A DNA stretch of 55,012 nucleotides from an uncultured Gammaproteobacteria bacterium. GTDB taxonomy: Bacteria; Patescibacteriota; Microgenomatia; Levybacterales; GWA1-39-11. Both the position numbers and the translations under genes were made by a program. A model generated the notes under the pieces. It was not told the DNA's origin, searched no databases, and was given only the letters and a program-made list of their open reading frames with translations. This document shows, piece after piece, positions 53,734 through 55,012 of this stretch. Position 1 is the first letter of the stretch, and the number at the start of each line of letters is the position of its first letter. Location of the stretch: contig CAYHUY010000003.1 of NCBI GenBank assembly GCA_964360265.1, forward strand, positions 1 through 55,012. Direction: 5' to 3'.

Positions 53734-55012
53734 ATGCAAGATAAACTCCTGACAATTCAGGAGGCAGGAAAACTTTTAGGGGTCTCCACCAAGACTCTTA
53801 GGCGTTGGGAGGCTCGCGGAATTCTAACTCCTCAAAGAACAGCCGGAAATCAACGAAGGTATATTAAGTCTCAAATAGAGAATTTCAAACTCCAACAAAA
53901 GTTTGGTATTAATACAGAGTTTAATCCTACGCCCTCAGGGCAAATTTTTCAGGGTGAATCACCAACCGCCCTAGGCGCTCAGCATAAGCTGGCCCGCATA
54001 AGTTGGGGAGTTCGCGGAATAAAGAAGGGAATATTTATCCTGTCCGTGAGTTCTTTGGGAGTATTGGTGGGAATAGCAGGCGTGTTTGCCTTAGGTAAGG
54101 CAACGGATTTATTTGATAATAACAAGCTTGCAGGCCTGTACCCACGCGCCCTTCCAACTCTCAATGAAAGCTATAAACAGGTGTTGGCAGCAGGAACAGA
54201 AGGCTTGAATCCAACGCTCCTCGTTAACATTCCAAGTAACTTTTTTGAGGGTATTGAGGCTCAAAGGGTGGCAACCTTATCAGGTGGAATTATAACGGAG
54301 GGTGCTGATATAGACGCAGCGGAGGGATCAGTGTTTGCCTCAAATCTTCTTTATGGAGTAGCCTCAGGGTCTGGCATATTGATTGGCATAGGGCAGACTC
54401 CAACTATATCGAACAATGGTGTACTAACACTAAATAATACAATCGGAGAATTGACACTTAAAGGTTCGGGCGCAACAAGCATCTCTACGTCTGATAAAAC
54501 CATCACCATTTCCTCAACAACAAATGATGGTGATATTACGGGAGTGACGGCTGGGACAGGGCTTTCAGGCGGCGGAACCTCCGGTAGTGTCACTCTTACA
54601 AACGCTGGAGTAACAAGTCTCACCGGAACTTCGAATCAAGTAAATATTTCTGCTTCAACAGGCAGCATTACTTTATCACTCCCTCAAAGCATAGGTACAG
54701 GTTCATCCCCGACTTTTTCAGGCCTAACATTATCGTCATTCACATCAAACGGTGGCCCACTATATACAAACGCATCAGGGACACTTGCCCAAGTAACTGC
54801 AGGAACAAGTTCGCAGTGTCTTTTGGGTGGCACCACCCCCTCTTTTGGTTCCTGCGGCGCAGGTGAAACCTCTGATACTTTCTGGAATCAATCATCGGGA
54901 GCATTGTTTGCCAATAATTCTACAGTTGATCTCTTGATTGGAGCACAGGCTTCATCATCTGCCGAGTTTGCAATTACCGGCATAAATGATGGCACACCTA
55001 CGGCATCTATCT
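53734..55012 (+). CDS. giant surface protein (5' partial in this window) with an N-terminal MerR/excisionase-type HTH, one TM and an extracytoplasmic repeat region
   Basis: It is absent from the ORF track because it runs off the window. I translated 53734 to the end with no stop. The sequence is MQDKLLTIQEAGKLLGVSTKTLRRWEARGILTPQRTAGNQRRY (HTH), a TM GIFILSVSSLGVLVGIAGVFALG, then ITGVTAGTGLSGGGTSGSVTLTN-type repeats. The stretch LFANNSTVDLLIGAQASSSAEFAITG matches LFSNNSTMDLLIGSRATASAEFAITG of the 1503-aa protein. Confidence 0.8.
   Translation, partial: MQDKLLTIQEAGKLLGVSTKTLRRWEARGILTPQRTAGNQRRYIKSQIENFKLQQKFGINTEFNPTPSGQIFQGESPTALGAQHKLARISWGVRGIKKGIFILSVSSLGVLVGIAGVFALGKATDLFDNNKLAGLYPRALPTLNESYKQVLAAGTEGLNPTLLVNIPSNFFEGIEAQRVATLSGGIITEGADIDAAEGSVFASNLLYGVASGSGILIGIGQTPTISNNGVLTLNNTIGELTLKGSGATSISTSDKTITISSTTNDGDITGVTAGTGLSGGGTSGSVTLTNAGVTSLTGTSNQVNISASTGSITLSLPQSIGTGSSPTFSGLTLSSFTSNGGPLYTNASGTLAQVTAGTSSQCLLGGTTPSFGSCGAGETSDTFWNQSSGALFANNSTVDLLIGAQASSSAEFAITGINDGTPTASI

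Overview
Gene-dense, AT-rich bacterial chromosome segment read with the standard code. Spot counts of 60-nt lines give roughly 20-45% G+C outside one island. Gene content resembles a reduced-genome Patescibacteria/CPR-type organism, which is my inference and not a database result: few metabolic genes, comEA plus a split comEC, a type IV pilin-like gene, and very large Gly/Thr/Ser-rich surface proteins. Recognisable housekeeping genes are gpmA, an M50 protease, rpsA, radA plus a PIN/TRAM gene, rho, leuS, mreB, uppP, a fused pyrF-pyrE, two tRNA-Thr genes and an F-type ATP synthase operon. Envelope genes include a GT2 plus a giant GT-C-like membrane protein, an O-antigen-ligase/TPR protein, a LysM-M23 peptidase, a GT26 enzyme and a PEGA protein. 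There is also a small two-component cluster. Eight things deserve a second look. (1) A ~3.2-kb GC-rich island (11185-14428) encodes an SPFH/prohibitin protein plus anchored or mini membrane proteins; it uses Shine-Dalgarno sites and is bracketed by a 12-bp inverted repeat. (2) The ATP synthase operon has no atpB and no normal atpE in this window. It opens instead with a 275-aa protein whose C-terminal hairpin looks like subunit c but lacks the ion-binding carboxylate and carries a ~170-aa extracytoplasmic domain. (3) Two paralogous giant surface proteins have cytoplasmic N-termini built from DNA-binding-type modules: recombinase core-binding-like repeats in one and a MerR/excisionase-type HTH in the other. 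(4) Several families of short GC-rich palindromic elements and heptanucleotide tandem repeats sit in-frame inside essential genes (rpsA, leuS, atpF and others), some with target-duplication-like flanks. (5) A displaced, diverged copy of the comEC 3' end marks a ~620-bp insertion carrying one orphan gene. (6) A thioredoxin-like pseudogene lies between the two tRNA-Thr genes. (7) Many genes have TTGACA-17-TAnnnT promoters with the start codon only 5-14 nt after the -10 box, implying leaderless or near-leaderless mRNAs. (8) A candidate ~105-nt sRNA lies in an unusually long spacer. No CRISPR array, rRNA gene, transposase or integrase was seen.
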